Below, one piece after another: positions 47,374 through 47,516 of a stretch of DNA of 47,516 nt. A model generated the notes under the pieces. That model was not told where the DNA came from, did no database searches, and was given only the letters and a program-made list of their open reading frames with translations. A program made the translations under genes and the position numbers. Source of the stretch: Tricharina praecox (taxonomy: Eukaryota); the NCBI RefSeq assembly GCF_024521635.1, contig NW_026250432.1, positions 434,001 through 481,516 of the forward strand. The letters run 5' to 3'. Every line of letters starts with the position of its first letter. Position 1 is the stretch's first letter.

Positions 47374-47516
47374 TTAGGGTTAGGGTTAGGGTTAGGGTTA
47401 GGGTTAGGGTTAGGGTTAGGGTTAGGGTTAGGGTTAGGGTTAGGGTTAGGGTTAGGGTTAGGGTTAGGGTTAGGGTTAGGGTTAGGGTTAGGGTTAGGGT
47501 TAGGGTTAGGGTTAGG
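47374..47516 (+). repeat. Telomere, (TTAGGG)n, about 23.8 perfect copies to the end of the window
   Basis: Perfect G-rich-strand hexamer array running 5'->3' toward the terminus. Confidence 0.99.

Noticed and set aside
44164..47516. Telomere-specific retrotransposon (MoTeR, SART/TRAS or HeT-A type)
   Set aside because: The element is an integrase- and chromodomain-bearing LTR element, has no telomeric repeats on its proximal side, and is cut mid-RT. Healing after breakage fits better than targeted insertion.

Overview
Right-hand end of a filamentous ascomycete (Pezizomycotina) chromosome, judged from short GT-AG introns with CTRAC branch sites, fungal gene families and a terminal (TTAGGG)n array at 47374-47516. 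From left to right the window holds: a possible 3-exon orphan gene; an RfeD-like zinc-binding regulator in about 11 kb of microsatellite-rich gene-free DNA; a mitochondrial apolipoprotein-like helical protein; a repeat-rich gap; a GH76 (DCW1/DFG5-type) GPI protein; an aquaporin whose third intron ends in CG rather than AG; a LaeA-like methyltransferase; and an SDR (polyol dehydrogenase type). A decaying subtelomeric zone follows, with an F-box relic, an orphan carrying 8-aa repeats and HET-s-like pseudo-repeats, a CorA-like pseudogene and a second LaeA-like methyltransferase. The window ends in stacked LTR-like ends and an intact-looking Ty3/Gypsy chromovirus that is cut inside its reverse transcriptase and capped directly by telomere repeats, which suggests recent breakage healed by telomerase. 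All exon structures were derived by hand and family assignments come from recalled motifs, not database searches.
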